5,478 nt of DNA. Source: Promethearchaeota archaeon. GTDB lineage: Archaea > Asgardarchaeota > Sifarchaeia > Borrarchaeales > Borrarchaeaceae. Both the position numbers and the translations under genes were made by a program. The DNA is taken from the NCBI GenBank assembly GCA_048940375.1, contig JBHLOP010000147.1:1-5478 (forward strand), given 5' to 3'. Shown here piece after piece: positions 5,215 to 5,478 of the stretch. Below the pieces are notes generated by a model. It saw only the letters and a list, made by a program, of their open reading frames with translations, was not told the DNA's origin and searched no databases. Position 1 is the stretch's first letter. The number at the start of each line of letters is the position of its first letter.

Positions 5215-5222
5215 TTTATAAA
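5215..5222. promoter_or_regulatory. Perfectly palindromic TATA-like box TTTATAAA in the leuB-like / cofC divergent intergenic region
   Basis: Read directly. The box reads the same on both strands. Its centre is about 49 nt from ATG 5169, which gives a minus-strand leader of roughly 22 nt that includes the SD. For cofC, a second TATA-like element, TATTTACA (5240-5247), is better placed. Confidence 0.35.
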
Positions 5223-5295
5223 CGTATGTCTTTCCTCGCTATTTACAGAAGACTAAAATTCATAGTGGCATTTGACCTTTGTAAACGGTGATATT

Positions 5296-5478
5296 TTGAA
5301 CATATATGCGCTTATTCCATTGAAAAAATTGGAGAATTCAAAAACACGCATAAGCAATTTATCTCTTGAATCTCGAAAAATGCTTACCAAAGCTATGCTT
5401 TGTGATGTAGTTCAATCAACTTTAGAAGCAAAAAATATCAGCGAAACTTTTGTGATGTCACCAGATCAGGAGATAGTT
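5296..5478 (+). CDS. cofC: 2-phospho-L-lactate guanylyltransferase (CofC), N-terminal 61 codons; 3' end runs off the window
   Basis: Absent from the ORF track because there is no stop codon inside the window. Manual translation from TTG 5296: (M)NIYALIPLKKLENSKTRISNLSLESRKMLTKAMLCDVVQSTLEAKNISETFVMSPDQEIV. This matches the CofC N-terminal pattern x-A-(I/L)-IP-(V/L)-K-x-L-x-x-(A/S)-K-(S/T)-R-(L/I)...L-x-x-x-x-R-x-x-L-x-x-A-M-L-x-D-V. The frame opens after TAG 5263-5265. GGTGAT (5287-5292) lies 3 nt upstream of TTG 5296. An alternative TTG is at 5272. Confidence 0.75.
   Translation, partial: MNIYALIPLKKLENSKTRISNLSLESRKMLTKAMLCDVVQSTLEAKNISETFVMSPDQEIV

Noticed and set aside
1-5478. CRISPR arrays, tRNA/rRNA genes, transposase or integrase genes, long direct or terminal inverted repeats
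   Set aside because: No regularly spaced repeats, no cloverleaf-capable GC-rich segments and no IS-like ORFs were seen. The intergenic spacers are all 126 bp or shorter, apart from the ~130-160 bp divergent promoter region (1117 to 1246/1276), and are explained by promoter, SD and terminator elements.

Overview
AT-rich archaeal chromosomal window. The archaeal assignment rests on TATA-like boxes, oligo-T runs after stop codons, Shine-Dalgarno (SD) elements matching the 16S 3' end (AGGAGGTGAT), an RNA polymerase subunit H gene and coenzyme F420 genes. I support seven protein-coding genes. Two are cut by the window edges, so they are missing from the supplied ORF track. In order: (-) partial NodB/CE4 deacetylase, 1-533. 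(-) small secreted, membrane-anchored beta-sandwich protein with a polybasic tail, 586-1116. (+) RpoH/Rpb5 homologue, 1246/1276-1815. (+) cofD, 1871/1883-2809. (+) Dus/NifR3-like FMN TIM-barrel protein, 2803-3603, whose ATG overlaps the cofD stop. (-) stand-alone V4R-domain protein, 3585-4085. (-) LeuB-type beta-decarboxylating dehydrogenase, 4153-5169. (+) partial cofC, 5296 to beyond 5478. I saw no rRNA, tRNA, CRISPR array, transposon or long repeat. The main finding is the RpoH gene. It is about twice the usual archaeal length, and its extra N-terminal ~110 residues align by eye with the N-terminal jaw domain of eukaryotic Rpb5 (a restriction-endonuclease-like fold). That would make it a full-length, eukaryote-style Rpb5 in an archaeon, and it lies outside the canonical rpoH-rpoB-rpoA context. 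The second finding is the flavoenzyme-like TIM barrel coupled to cofD, which I propose as a candidate for an unassigned reduction step in archaeal F420 biosynthesis. All homology calls rest on remembered family motifs and sequences. No database search was possible, so each needs HMM or structure confirmation.
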